A DNA stretch of 57,183 nucleotides, taken from assembly GCA_964570505.1 (NCBI GenBank), contig CAZMYL010000003.1, forward strand, positions 1 through 57,183. The letters are read 5' to 3'. This DNA comes from an uncultured Pseudomonadota bacterium. Its GTDB lineage: Bacteria > Babelota > Babeliae > Babelales > CAIQNR01. Position 1 is the stretch's first letter; every line of letters starts with the position of its first letter. Position numbers and translations under genes: made by a program. Shown here in pieces: positions 31,684 through 40,017 of the stretch. A model generated the notes under the pieces. That model searched no databases, had not been told where the DNA came from, and was given only the letters and a program-made list of their open reading frames with translations.

Positions 31684-32466
31684 TTACGGAATAGTAAAAT
31701 CAATTTTTTCATCAAAGTGATACTTACATACTAGATTTTTTGATGATAAATCATTATGGACAATTTTGAGTATTTGTTTTTGATCCGTATTTTGTCTTTG
31801 TAATGTAGCAACATGTTCTAATTTTTCTGATACGCATTGATGGCATTGTGTTGCTTGGTGTCCATAAAATTCTGCATGCAAGAGGGCAATTTGTCTGTGA
31901 TATGAAAAAAGTTTTTCTAATGGTATGTCAGAGTTTTCTATAGTTTTATGTATAAGGTTTTGCAATTTTGTTTCTTTTTTAATTTGTTTTTCTTCTATTG
32001 CTTTGGCAAGAGTATATTGTATGATGCAACTTCTATTATGAGCATGAATTGCTGCAGATGCTAATCTTGATCGCAAAACCCCTATAGGTAGATTTTTTTC
32101 TGGTTTACGTAAAAAAATACCATGGGCTGTTGTAAATCCATTAACTTTTCCTAAAAGGGGATAATGTTCTGGTGTTTTGTATGTATATAAAGGAACTTGA
32201 TACATGCTAGAAGTTTTTAGATGTTTATAAATATCGGCAAGGTCTGATGTCAGTAAATCAGAGGTTGAATGTGATGGTAATAGCTTTAAACAACGATAAA
32301 AATTACGTGCCGTTTTGACAGCCTCTTTATGTAAATAAGCTGGAATTTTAATACGATTTAATTGTGAAATTGCTTGCATAATATCTTTGGATGTTTCAAA
32401 AAAAATATGACTATGTAAAAGAAATGTTTGATGACTAAGCAGAGCTAAAAGTATTATTTTTTTCAT
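31684..32466 (-). CDS. Secreted hypothetical protein, possibly an inactive M48-like metalloprotease homolog
   Basis: MKKIILLALLSHQTFLLHS signal; NGFTT..GIFL...LASAAIH; C-terminal CHQC...CKYH. Confidence 0.65.
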   Translation of the reverse strand: MKKIILLALLSHQTFLLHSHIFFETSKDIMQAISQLNRIKIPAYLHKEAVKTARNFYRCLKLLPSHSTSDLLTSDLADIYKHLKTSSMYQVPLYTYKTPEHYPLLGKVNGFTTAHGIFLRKPEKNLPIGVLRSRLASAAIHAHNRSCIIQYTLAKAIEEKQIKKETKLQNLIHKTIENSDIPLEKLFSYHRQIALLHAEFYGHQATQCHQCVSEKLEHVATLQRQNTDQKQILKIVHNDLSSKNLVCKYHFDEKIDFTIP

Positions 32467-32698
32467 ATTATTTTTATTCTTTCTTAGATTTTAATAATTA
32501 TTTAAGATTCGATTAATTGTAAACGTAAGATATACAGATTAATGCATTTGTATAGTTATAAGTAAAGATCTTTTTGCTGTTAATTAATAAGATAATTCTA
32601 CTTATAAAGATGGATTATTTGTGTAAAATTTGTTAAAATTTTTTATTTAAAATTCTACTTTGTAAACGAAAAAGACTTTTCAGTATTTGCGCAATGAG

Positions 32699-32815
32699 TT
32701 GGAGTTGGTTGTGTTGTATTGTTAAGCTTTAAGCCTATTTTTTTATACTATTTGTACGATATGTTTTATAAGAGTAGGTGTTTATACTATGCAACTCCAA
32801 AATACCTGAAAGGGT
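32699..32815 (+). promoter_or_regulatory. Candidate structured leader RNA of NTT1
   Basis: TTGGAGTTG 32699-32707 pairs with CAACTCCAA 32792-32800; TAGGTGTTT 32775-32783 pairs with AAATACCTG 32800-32808; AAAGGGT RBS follows; paralogous to the NTT2 leader. Confidence 0.5.
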
Positions 32816-32819
32816 TTAT

Positions 32820-34163
32820 ATGTTTTCATTTATATTATCATTTTTTTCTTCATTATTAGGTGGGTTTGAGAGCGTTCAAGAACGTAAAAAATTTGCTTTG
32901 CTGTCTGTTCTGTTTGGACTTATATTAGGAATTTATTGGTTGTTGAGACCGCTTAAAGATGGTGTATTTTTAACAATGGTGGGTTCTAGTTACTTAGGAA
33001 GAGTTAAATTATTATCAATTTTTGTTGTTATTCCTCTTGTTCTTATTGTTACAAAATTAGTAGATTTATTCCCTCGTTATCGTATTTTATATGGAATTTC
33101 ATTAGTGTATTCTATTATTTCTATAATCTTTGCTTTTTTGATTATGCATCCAACTATTGGTATTGCTAATGTTGTTGAAAGTCCGGATCGAATTCTTGGT
33201 TGGGCTTTTTATTTATTTGTAGAAACAATAGGGTCTATATTGGTTACATTTTTTTGGTCTTTTGTTTCTGATATTACTACGCCAGAATCTGCAAAGCGCG
33301 GATATTCATTAATAATTTTAGGAGCTCAATGTGGTACTGTTTTTTTTCCACTTGTAGGTGAGCAAATTGTTACATATTTTGGCTCTGGTATTGCTGTTGC
33401 GTGTGGATCGGTATCATTTTTATTGATTCCTTGTATGGTATATTATTTTATGCATGCTGTTTCTAAAGATCAGATGCAGGGTTTTAAAGGGTCAAAAGAG
33501 GCTTTAGAGGGGGCGCAGATAAAGCCATCTTTTTATGAGGGATTACAATTGATAGTAATGCGACCTTATTTATTGGCTATTTTTGCAGTAGTGACTCTTT
33601 ATGAAGTTGTGACTACTATTTTTGATTTTCAAATGAAAGGTCTTGCTCGTATAAGCACTGGTGGCGGAGATGTTTTAGCTGCATTTTTGATGAGATATGC
33701 AGTATGGGTGAATCTTATGGCATTAATATGTGCAGTGTTAGGAGCTGGTAAGATCAGTAAAAAATTAGGGCTTCAAAAAACACTTTTATGTATGCCTGTA
33801 TTAGTTGCAATTGCTGCTCTTGTTTTGGCGTATATGCCCCAATTAAATGTTGTTTTTTGGGTAATGGTATTACTTAAAGGAATTAATTATTCGTTAAATC
33901 AGCCAGCAAAAGAACAACTTTATATCCCAACAAGTAAAGATTCCAAATATAAAGCAAAATCTTGGATTGATGCCTTTGGATCGCGATCTTCAAAAGGATT
34001 GGGAGGAGCGGTTCACGATTTTTTTAAAGCTATGGGACCTGATATGTTTATATTAGGTACATTAACTGTATCATTTGGGCTTATTGGCATATGGACTTAT
34101 GCGGCATTCTTTTTAGGAAAAGTTCATGAGCAAGCTATTAAAGAAAATCGCATTGTTTGTTAG
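32820..34163 (+). CDS. NTT/TLC-family nucleotide (ATP/ADP-type) transporter, copy 1
   Basis: Multi-TM; LRPLKD, FWSFVSD..TPESAKRGY, YSLNQPAKEQLYIP..KYKAKSWID; start ATG 32820. Confidence 0.92.
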   Translation: MFSFILSFFSSLLGGFESVQERKKFALLSVLFGLILGIYWLLRPLKDGVFLTMVGSSYLGRVKLLSIFVVIPLVLIVTKLVDLFPRYRILYGISLVYSIISIIFAFLIMHPTIGIANVVESPDRILGWAFYLFVETIGSILVTFFWSFVSDITTPESAKRGYSLIILGAQCGTVFFPLVGEQIVTYFGSGIAVACGSVSFLLIPCMVYYFMHAVSKDQMQGFKGSKEALEGAQIKPSFYEGLQLIVMRPYLLAIFAVVTLYEVVTTIFDFQMKGLARISTGGGDVLAAFLMRYAVWVNLMALICAVLGAGKISKKLGLQKTLLCMPVLVAIAALVLAYMPQLNVVFWVMVLLKGINYSLNQPAKEQLYIPTSKDSKYKAKSWIDAFGSRSSKGLGGAVHDFFKAMGPDMFILGTLTVSFGLIGIWTYAAFFLGKVHEQAIKENRIVC

Positions 34164-34181
34164 AATCTGATACAATTGCTA

Positions 34182-34228
34182 AAGCAATCGTTTTTTATGA
34201 GTAAAAAATGGTTGCTTCTTCTTTTTTA
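34182..34228 (+). terminator. Probable terminator after NTT1
   Basis: AAGCAATCGTTTTTTA/TAAAAAATGGTTGCTT stem followed by a pyrimidine/T run. Confidence 0.55.
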
Positions 34229-34276
34229 AGATAATTTCAAGTATTGAAATAAAAAATTTAGAAAGTTTTTAAATAA

Positions 34277-34395
34277 GTAGGAGTTGGTTTAAAGCTTTCT
34301 AAAACGGTAGCAGGTAGCATTTTTTAATAAAAATAAGTTTAAAGTTATTAAAAAATGCACATTACATACACAACTCCACAACTACCTGAAAGGGT
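34277..34395 (+). promoter_or_regulatory. Candidate structured leader RNA of NTT2
   Basis: GGAGTTG 34280-34286 with CAACTCC 34371-34377; CAGGTAG 34311-34317 with CTACCTG 34382-34388; perfect 14-bp inner stem 34317-34330/34345-34358; AAAGGGT RBS follows. Confidence 0.55.
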
Positions 34396-34403
34396 GAAGA
34401 TTC

Positions 34404-35759
34404 ATGGTTGTTAAATTTTTTACTTCTATATGGAGTAATTTTGAAAACTCAGAAGAACGAAAAAAGTTTTCGATTCTTTCTGTGCTTTTTGGATTAACCA
34501 TTGGTGCGTATTGGTTGTTCCGTCCTCTTAAAGACGGTGTGTTTTTAACTATGGTTGGATCAGAATTTCAGCCAAAGGCAAAAATACTTTCTATGTTTGT
34601 AGTAATCCCATTGGTGATGATTTACGAACGTTTGGTGAGTTCTTTTAAACGCCACCAAGTTCTTTATGGACTTTCAATTTTTTATGCTATTGGTGCAGCT
34701 TTTTTTGCAGCATTAATTTTGGATCCTGCTGTTGGTATGCAAAATACTGTAGCAAGTCCTGACCGTTACTTGGGTTGGACTTTTTACTTGTTCGTAGAAA
34801 GTTTTGGTTCAATTATGGTTATGTTGTTTTGGTCTTTTGTTGCTGATACAACAACACCAGAATCTGCAAAACGTGGGTACCCTCTTATTGTATTAGGTGC
34901 ACAAATTGGTGGTATTGCTGGTCCATTAATGGGTCAAATGGTAATGCCAGAAGAAGGTGGAGAGGCTGCTGTTAATGGTTCTGGTATAGCAACATTAATG
35001 TGCGTTGTTGCATTATGCTTAATTCCTTTGATTGTTTGGTACTTTATGAATAACGTTTCTAAAGAACAAATGGAAGGTTTTAAAGCTGATGAAAAGAAGG
35101 CTCCTCTTGAAGGAAAACCAAAACCAGGTTTTATGGAAGGTTTAAAGCTTTTAGTAACACGTCCATACCTTCTTGGTATTTTTGTTGTTGTTTCATTTTA
35201 TGAAATTATTGTTACCTTCTTAGATTTCCAATTTAAAGTACTTGCAAAAGGTTCATATACTGGTGACGCGCTAACAGCGTATTTATTTAAGTATGCTATT
35301 TGGACTAATGCTGTTGCTTTTCTTTGTATTATGTTTGGCGCAGGTAAAATTGGTAGTAAGCTTGGGCTTGCAAAAACTCTTATGTTATTGCCTATTTTAG
35401 TTGGTGTAGCGGTTATTACTTTGAATTTACATCCTCTTTTGAATGTTGCATTCTTAATTATGGTGTTTTCAAAGGGTGTTAACTATGCGCTTAATCAACC
35501 AGCAAAAGAACAACTTTACATTCCAACAACAAAAGACTCTAAGTATCGCGCAAAAGCATGGATCGATGCGTTTGGTTCACGTTTTTCAAAAGGTCTTGGG
35601 TCTATTGTTAACGACAGTAAATCTGCTCTTGGAGCTGATCTATTTTCACTCGTTATCTTGGTTACCTCTTTTGGTTTAATCGGGGTTTGGGTATTTGCTG
35701 CATTGTTCTTGGGTAAAACTCATAAGCAAGCAATCAAAGAAAATCGCACAGTTTGTTAA
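34404..35759 (+). CDS. NTT/TLC-family nucleotide transporter, copy 2
   Basis: FRPLKD, FWSFVAD..TPESAKRGY, YALNQPAKEQLYIP; closest in-window paralog of copy 1. Confidence 0.92.
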   Translation: MVVKFFTSIWSNFENSEERKKFSILSVLFGLTIGAYWLFRPLKDGVFLTMVGSEFQPKAKILSMFVVIPLVMIYERLVSSFKRHQVLYGLSIFYAIGAAFFAALILDPAVGMQNTVASPDRYLGWTFYLFVESFGSIMVMLFWSFVADTTTPESAKRGYPLIVLGAQIGGIAGPLMGQMVMPEEGGEAAVNGSGIATLMCVVALCLIPLIVWYFMNNVSKEQMEGFKADEKKAPLEGKPKPGFMEGLKLLVTRPYLLGIFVVVSFYEIIVTFLDFQFKVLAKGSYTGDALTAYLFKYAIWTNAVAFLCIMFGAGKIGSKLGLAKTLMLLPILVGVAVITLNLHPLLNVAFLIMVFSKGVNYALNQPAKEQLYIPTTKDSKYRAKAWIDAFGSRFSKGLGSIVNDSKSALGADLFSLVILVTSFGLIGVWVFAALFLGKTHKQAIKENRTVC

Positions 35760-35805
35760 AATCTGTTATTATATTGGGACACTATTTTTAAAGAAAGTTG
35801 TCCCA

Positions 35806-37098
35806 ATGTCTTTTAATTTTGCCTTATGGGGAAATTTTAAGAATAGAGATGAGTGCCTAAAGTTTTTACGATTGGCACTCATTTTTACTTTTATGATTTC
35901 TATATGCGCCTTGTTCCATCCGCTTAAAGATGTTATTTTTATAACTATGGTAGGTGTTAAGTGGTTGCCATATGCTCGATGGGTTTCTCTTTTTTTTCTT
36001 GTTCCAGCGTTAATTTTATATGGAAAAATGGTTGATTTTTTTCCTCGTAATAAAATGTTTTATGGGCTTTGTTTTATCGGAGTCTTTTGTCTTGCCCTTT
36101 TTATGATTTTTATGAAATGTGCAGAGTCTGCAATGCTTGGTTGGGCTTGGTATGCATTTTCAGAGGTTTTTGTTTCTTTGTTTATTGCATTGTTTTGGTC
36201 TTTGGTTGCAGATATTTCAACGCCGGAAGATGCCAAGCAGGGTTATAGTTTAATTATATTGGGTGCGCAGTTTGGTGGCGTTATGGCTCCGTTATGTTTG
36301 TATCCTTTTGTTTCTTCTTGTAGTCCATTATTAATTTTAGGTGTTATTTCGGTAAGTCTTTTTGTAGTTGCTGGATTGATGAGTTGGTTTATGCGTGTAA
36401 CTCCGCCTGCTTTGCTACAGGGTTTTTGTTATGAAAAAGCTCATAAAAAAGTTAAAAACAAAACGGGTTTCTTTGAGGGACTTAAACTCATAATTCAAGA
36501 ATCTTATTTACTTGGAATTCTGGGTATAATTACACTCTGCGACATGATAATTATTATTTTAGAGTATCATGTAAAAATTAAAGCTGCTCATGTTTATATT
36601 GATAAGAATCAGCTCATGGAATTCTTTTTTAAGCTTACTTTGTATGCAAATACTGTTGCATTTATAAGTCTACTGCTTGGAGTTGGGGCAATTGGTCGTT
36701 ATCTGGGTGTTGGTAGATCGCTTTTATTATTGCCTATTACAGTTACATTTGGTGTGCTTGTTATGGGAAGTACAGATCATTTAGCGTTTTTGATGATATC
36801 GCTTGTTGCTCTTAAAGGAATAAGTTATGCACTTGATAAGCCAACAAGGGAACAGTTGTATGTTCCTACATCAGTTGATGTTAAATATAAAGCTAAATCT
36901 TGGATTGACAGCTTTGGTTCTCGTGTATCAAAAGGTTTAGGTTCCTCTGTTCATATGTTGCGACCTGTGCTACAATCTGAATTTGTATATGTAAGTTCAT
37001 TGTTATGTTTAGGTTTAGTCGGCGTTTGGATTGTTGCAGCTGTATATATTGCAAGAATGCATAAGCGGGCTGTTTCGGAGAATAAACTTGTATGCTAA
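35806..37098 (+). CDS. NTT/TLC-family nucleotide transporter, copy 3 (divergent)
   Basis: HPLKD, FWSLVAD.STPEDAKQGY, YALDKPTREQLYVP; start ATG 35806 chosen by alignment with copies 1 and 2. Confidence 0.88.
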   Translation: MSFNFALWGNFKNRDECLKFLRLALIFTFMISICALFHPLKDVIFITMVGVKWLPYARWVSLFFLVPALILYGKMVDFFPRNKMFYGLCFIGVFCLALFMIFMKCAESAMLGWAWYAFSEVFVSLFIALFWSLVADISTPEDAKQGYSLIILGAQFGGVMAPLCLYPFVSSCSPLLILGVISVSLFVVAGLMSWFMRVTPPALLQGFCYEKAHKKVKNKTGFFEGLKLIIQESYLLGILGIITLCDMIIIILEYHVKIKAAHVYIDKNQLMEFFFKLTLYANTVAFISLLLGVGAIGRYLGVGRSLLLLPITVTFGVLVMGSTDHLAFLMISLVALKGISYALDKPTREQLYVPTSVDVKYKAKSWIDSFGSRVSKGLGSSVHMLRPVLQSEFVYVSSLLCLGLVGVWIVAAVYIARMHKRAVSENKLVC

Positions 37099-37153
37099 GC
37101 GATTGTAATAAGTCGGAAAATTTTTTAAAAAAAAGAAAAGTTAGTTCAAAGTT

Positions 37154-37192
37154 AAAGGCTTGTCATGTTTTTTCATGCAAGCCTTTTTTTTT
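37154..37192 (+). terminator. Intrinsic terminator after NTT3
   Basis: AAAGGCTTG-CATG/CATG-CAAGCCTTT stem plus long T-run. Confidence 0.75.
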
Positions 37193-37258
37193 GAGTGAAG
37201 CCCTAGAGTTGAAAAGAATTTATAGAGTTGGTTTATTCTACAAGGTAAGGGGTCATTA

Positions 37259-38644
37259 ATGCGTATTGGTATCGTTCAAACAATTACATCATTGTGGCAA
37301 ATTGATAAAAAAGAGCGCACAAAATTTTTATATTTAGGCGCAGCGTTTTTTGCAATTATTGCTTCTTATACTATCACAAAGGAGCTTAAAGATTCTTTGT
37401 TTATGAATATTGTAGGGGGTAAGACATTTGTTCCTTATGCTAAATTATTAACTATTTTGGGTTTAATCCCATTAGTTTTATTGTACGGTAAGATGGTAGA
37501 TAAGGTTCGAAGATATCAATTGCTTTGTTATTTGACTTTAATTTACAGCATGATTGGTCTTATTTCGGCTGTTGTTATTGCACAAGGTTTAAATCATGCA
37601 CCGATTGAAGCGTATTCACTATATTGGTTTTTTGGATGGATTTATTTTTTCTATATAGAAAGTTTTTCTCCTTTTGTAGTAAGTGTTTTTTGGGCATTTT
37701 TAAATTCTATTACTACGCCTGAGAGTGCAAAGAAAAATTATGGTCTTTTGATATCAACGTCAAAGCTTGGAGGTATGGTTACTTCTGGCCTTGCATGGAT
37801 GTTGTTATATTATAATCAAAACAAGGGATTTGGCTTTTCTGAAGCAGGAGTTCATGGTTTGTTAATGGTTATCTCGTCATTGTTTTTAATGCTTGTTCCT
37901 CTTATTATTTGGCGTATGATGCGTACAATTCCTGGACAGTATTTACATGGATATGAAGCTGCTTATCAATTTGAAAAATTACAGCATAAAGAAGGAAAAG
38001 ATGAAACTGGCATGTGGTCAGGATTGGCATTGCTTTTAAAATATCCTTATGTTTTTGGTATTTTTTCTACAATTTTCTTTTATGAAGTAGTAAGTGCTGT
38101 ATTAAGTTATTTACGTCTAGGAGTTGCAGAAGGTATGGCAACTGATGTTTCTGGCGTAAGTTGTTTTTTATTTAAAAGTGTTTTTTATGTTCATTTTACT
38201 GGATTGATTATTTCATTACTTGGCACTCGTTTGATTGTTTCTTATTTGGGTGAGCGTTTTTCTTTGTTTGTTATGCCAACAGTAATAGGGCTGCTTTTGT
38301 GGTATCTTTTTTATGCAGATTCTTCTATGGGAATAGTGATAGCATTTATTGCACTTCGTGGTATTTACTATGCATTTAATCAGCCTGTTACAGAAGCGCT
38401 GTATATTCCAACAGTTAAAGATGTTAAGTTTAAATCAAAATCTTGGATTGATACATTTGGTAAAAAGTTTGCTCGTGGAACTGGATCAACATTTAATATT
38501 TTAGTAGGTGGTGGCTCAACTTCGGCATATGGAGCCTTTTTTGCAGTTATTGTTGGGCTTTGGTGGGCAGTGGCTTACTTTTTGGGTACTCGTTATGATA
38601 AAGCCATTAAGAATGGAGAGGTTATAGGGGCGCAAGAAGAGTAA
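37259..38644 (+). CDS. NTT/TLC-family nucleotide transporter, copy 4 (most divergent)
   Basis: KELKD, FWAFLNSITTPESAKKNY, YAFNQPVTEALYIP..KFKSKSWID. Confidence 0.88.
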   Translation: MRIGIVQTITSLWQIDKKERTKFLYLGAAFFAIIASYTITKELKDSLFMNIVGGKTFVPYAKLLTILGLIPLVLLYGKMVDKVRRYQLLCYLTLIYSMIGLISAVVIAQGLNHAPIEAYSLYWFFGWIYFFYIESFSPFVVSVFWAFLNSITTPESAKKNYGLLISTSKLGGMVTSGLAWMLLYYNQNKGFGFSEAGVHGLLMVISSLFLMLVPLIIWRMMRTIPGQYLHGYEAAYQFEKLQHKEGKDETGMWSGLALLLKYPYVFGIFSTIFFYEVVSAVLSYLRLGVAEGMATDVSGVSCFLFKSVFYVHFTGLIISLLGTRLIVSYLGERFSLFVMPTVIGLLLWYLFYADSSMGIVIAFIALRGIYYAFNQPVTEALYIPTVKDVKFKSKSWIDTFGKKFARGTGSTFNILVGGGSTSAYGAFFAVIVGLWWAVAYFLGTRYDKAIKNGEVIGAQEE

Positions 38645-38698
38645 TCAAATTTGCAAAAAAAGAGCATTAAGGTATTATTTAAGCAATTAGTAAAACTC

Positions 38699-38765
38699 TC
38701 ACTTTTCCTATCAGGGTGGCATTTTGTCAATAACAAAAAGCCGGAAAGTGAACGATAAAACCCTG
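38699..38765 (+). promoter_or_regulatory. rpsB (S2) leader RNA
   Basis: Outer stem TCACTTTTCC/GGAAAGTGA, inner GGC-TTTTGT/ACAAAA-GCC, and bulged CAGGGT (38712-38717) complementary to ACCCTG (38760-38765), as in the known S2 autoregulatory pseudoknot; TTGCAA-N16-TATTAT promoter at 38651-38678. Confidence 0.75.
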
Positions 38766-38780
38766 CAGAAGGTCGCTGAC

Positions 38781-39695
38781 ATGATAGATTTTAGAGTTCT
38801 TGTTAAAGCTGGTGTTCATTTTGGACATCAATCATCTCGCTGGTGCCCTCGTATGGCTCCTTATATTTGGGGTGAAAAAGGTGGTATTCATTTAATTAAC
38901 GTTGCAAAAACTGCAGTTAATTTAGAAAAAGCAGCTAAATTCCTAGAAGATACAATAGCTGAAGGTAAAACAGTGATGTGGCTTGGTACTAAAAAACCTG
39001 CACAAACAATTGTTACTGAAGCTGGTAAAGCAGTAGCAATGCCTTTTGTAACTCACCGTTGGATTGGTGGAACTTTAACAAATAATTCTCAAGTAAGAAA
39101 ATCTGTAACTAAGTATTTGCATCTTAAAGATGTAATAGCAAAAGCAGATAGAACTCGTTATACAAAAAAAGAGTTCAGTGTTTTCCAGAAAATGGTTTCT
39201 CGTCTTGAAAAGAATATTGGTGGTATCGTTAATATGACGTGGCCAGTTGGTGCTTTAGTTGTAGTTGATGTGCGCAAAGAACAATCAGCTATTAAAGAAG
39301 CTGCAATGATCGGAATTCCTGTTATTGCATTAGTTGATACTAACTGTGATCCATTGGGAATTGATTATGTAATTCCTTCAAATGATGATTCTCCTAAAGC
39401 AATTAAAGTTGTTGTTGATTATCTACAAGAAGCTGCACTTCGTGGTAAAGCAGTTGCTGATGCCAAAAAAGCTGAAATAGAAAAAGAACAAGAAATTTTA
39501 CGTGAAAAAAAGAAAGCAGAAAGAAAAGCTGCCGAAGTTAAGGCTGCTGAAGTAAAAGCAGCTGAGCAAAGCAAAAAAGCTGAAATTAAAACAACTAAAG
39601 TAGAAGCTGCTTCTACAGCACCTACAGAAGTTAAAAAAGCTGAAGCTAAATCTGCTCCTAAAAAAGTTGCACCTAAAGCTGCAGTTAAAAAATAA
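38781..39695 (+). CDS. rpsB: 30S ribosomal protein S2 with an Ala/Lys/Glu/Pro-rich C-terminal extension
   Basis: AGVHFGH, RWIGGTLTN, VDTNCDP, IPSNDD; start ATG 38781. Confidence 0.97.
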   Translation: MIDFRVLVKAGVHFGHQSSRWCPRMAPYIWGEKGGIHLINVAKTAVNLEKAAKFLEDTIAEGKTVMWLGTKKPAQTIVTEAGKAVAMPFVTHRWIGGTLTNNSQVRKSVTKYLHLKDVIAKADRTRYTKKEFSVFQKMVSRLEKNIGGIVNMTWPVGALVVVDVRKEQSAIKEAAMIGIPVIALVDTNCDPLGIDYVIPSNDDSPKAIKVVVDYLQEAALRGKAVADAKKAEIEKEQEILREKKKAERKAAEVKAAEVKAAEQSKKAEIKTTKVEAASTAPTEVKKAEAKSAPKKVAPKAAVKK

Positions 39696-39718
39696 GCATA
39701 AATAAGCTTTATAATTAT

Positions 39719-39749
39719 TAAGGGGGATGTATATTCCCCTTAGTTTTTT
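39719..39749 (+). terminator. Terminator-like hairpin between rpsB and tRNA-Ser
   Basis: TAAGGGG/CCCCTTA stem with extension, followed by TTTTTT. Confidence 0.55.
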
Positions 39750-39758
39750 GAAATTTAT

Positions 39759-39850
39759 GGAGAGATGTCTGAGTGGTCGAAAGAGCACGATTGGAAATCG
39801 TGTATATTCTGAAAAGGGTATCGAGGGTTCGAATCCCTCTCTCTCCACCA
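39759..39850 (+). tRNA. tRNA-Ser(GGA)
   Basis: GGAGAGA/TCTCTCC acceptor stem, CACGA-TTGGAAA-TCGTG anticodon arm, long variable arm, GTTCGAATC, encoded CCA. Confidence 0.97.
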
Positions 39851-39875
39851 TAAATTTTTAGCTGTTCTTAAATTA

Positions 39876-39900
39876 AGATATGTAAAACATATCTCTTTTT
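39876..39900 (+). terminator. Possible terminator after tRNA-Ser
   Basis: AGATATGT/ACATATCT stem plus T-run. Confidence 0.5.
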
Positions 39901-40017
39901 ATTTATAAAAATTGTAATTAAGCTCATTGATCGGATTTGTCATTATTAATAAATTCTGTACTCTTAATAAGAGTGTATTTAGAAATACTATTAATTGTAC
40001 CTTTATATGGGGGTTTT

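Noticed and set aside
39498..39851. 117-aa minus-strand ORF (MVEREGFEPS...)
   Set aside because: Typical antisense translation of tRNA-Ser and the rpsB tail
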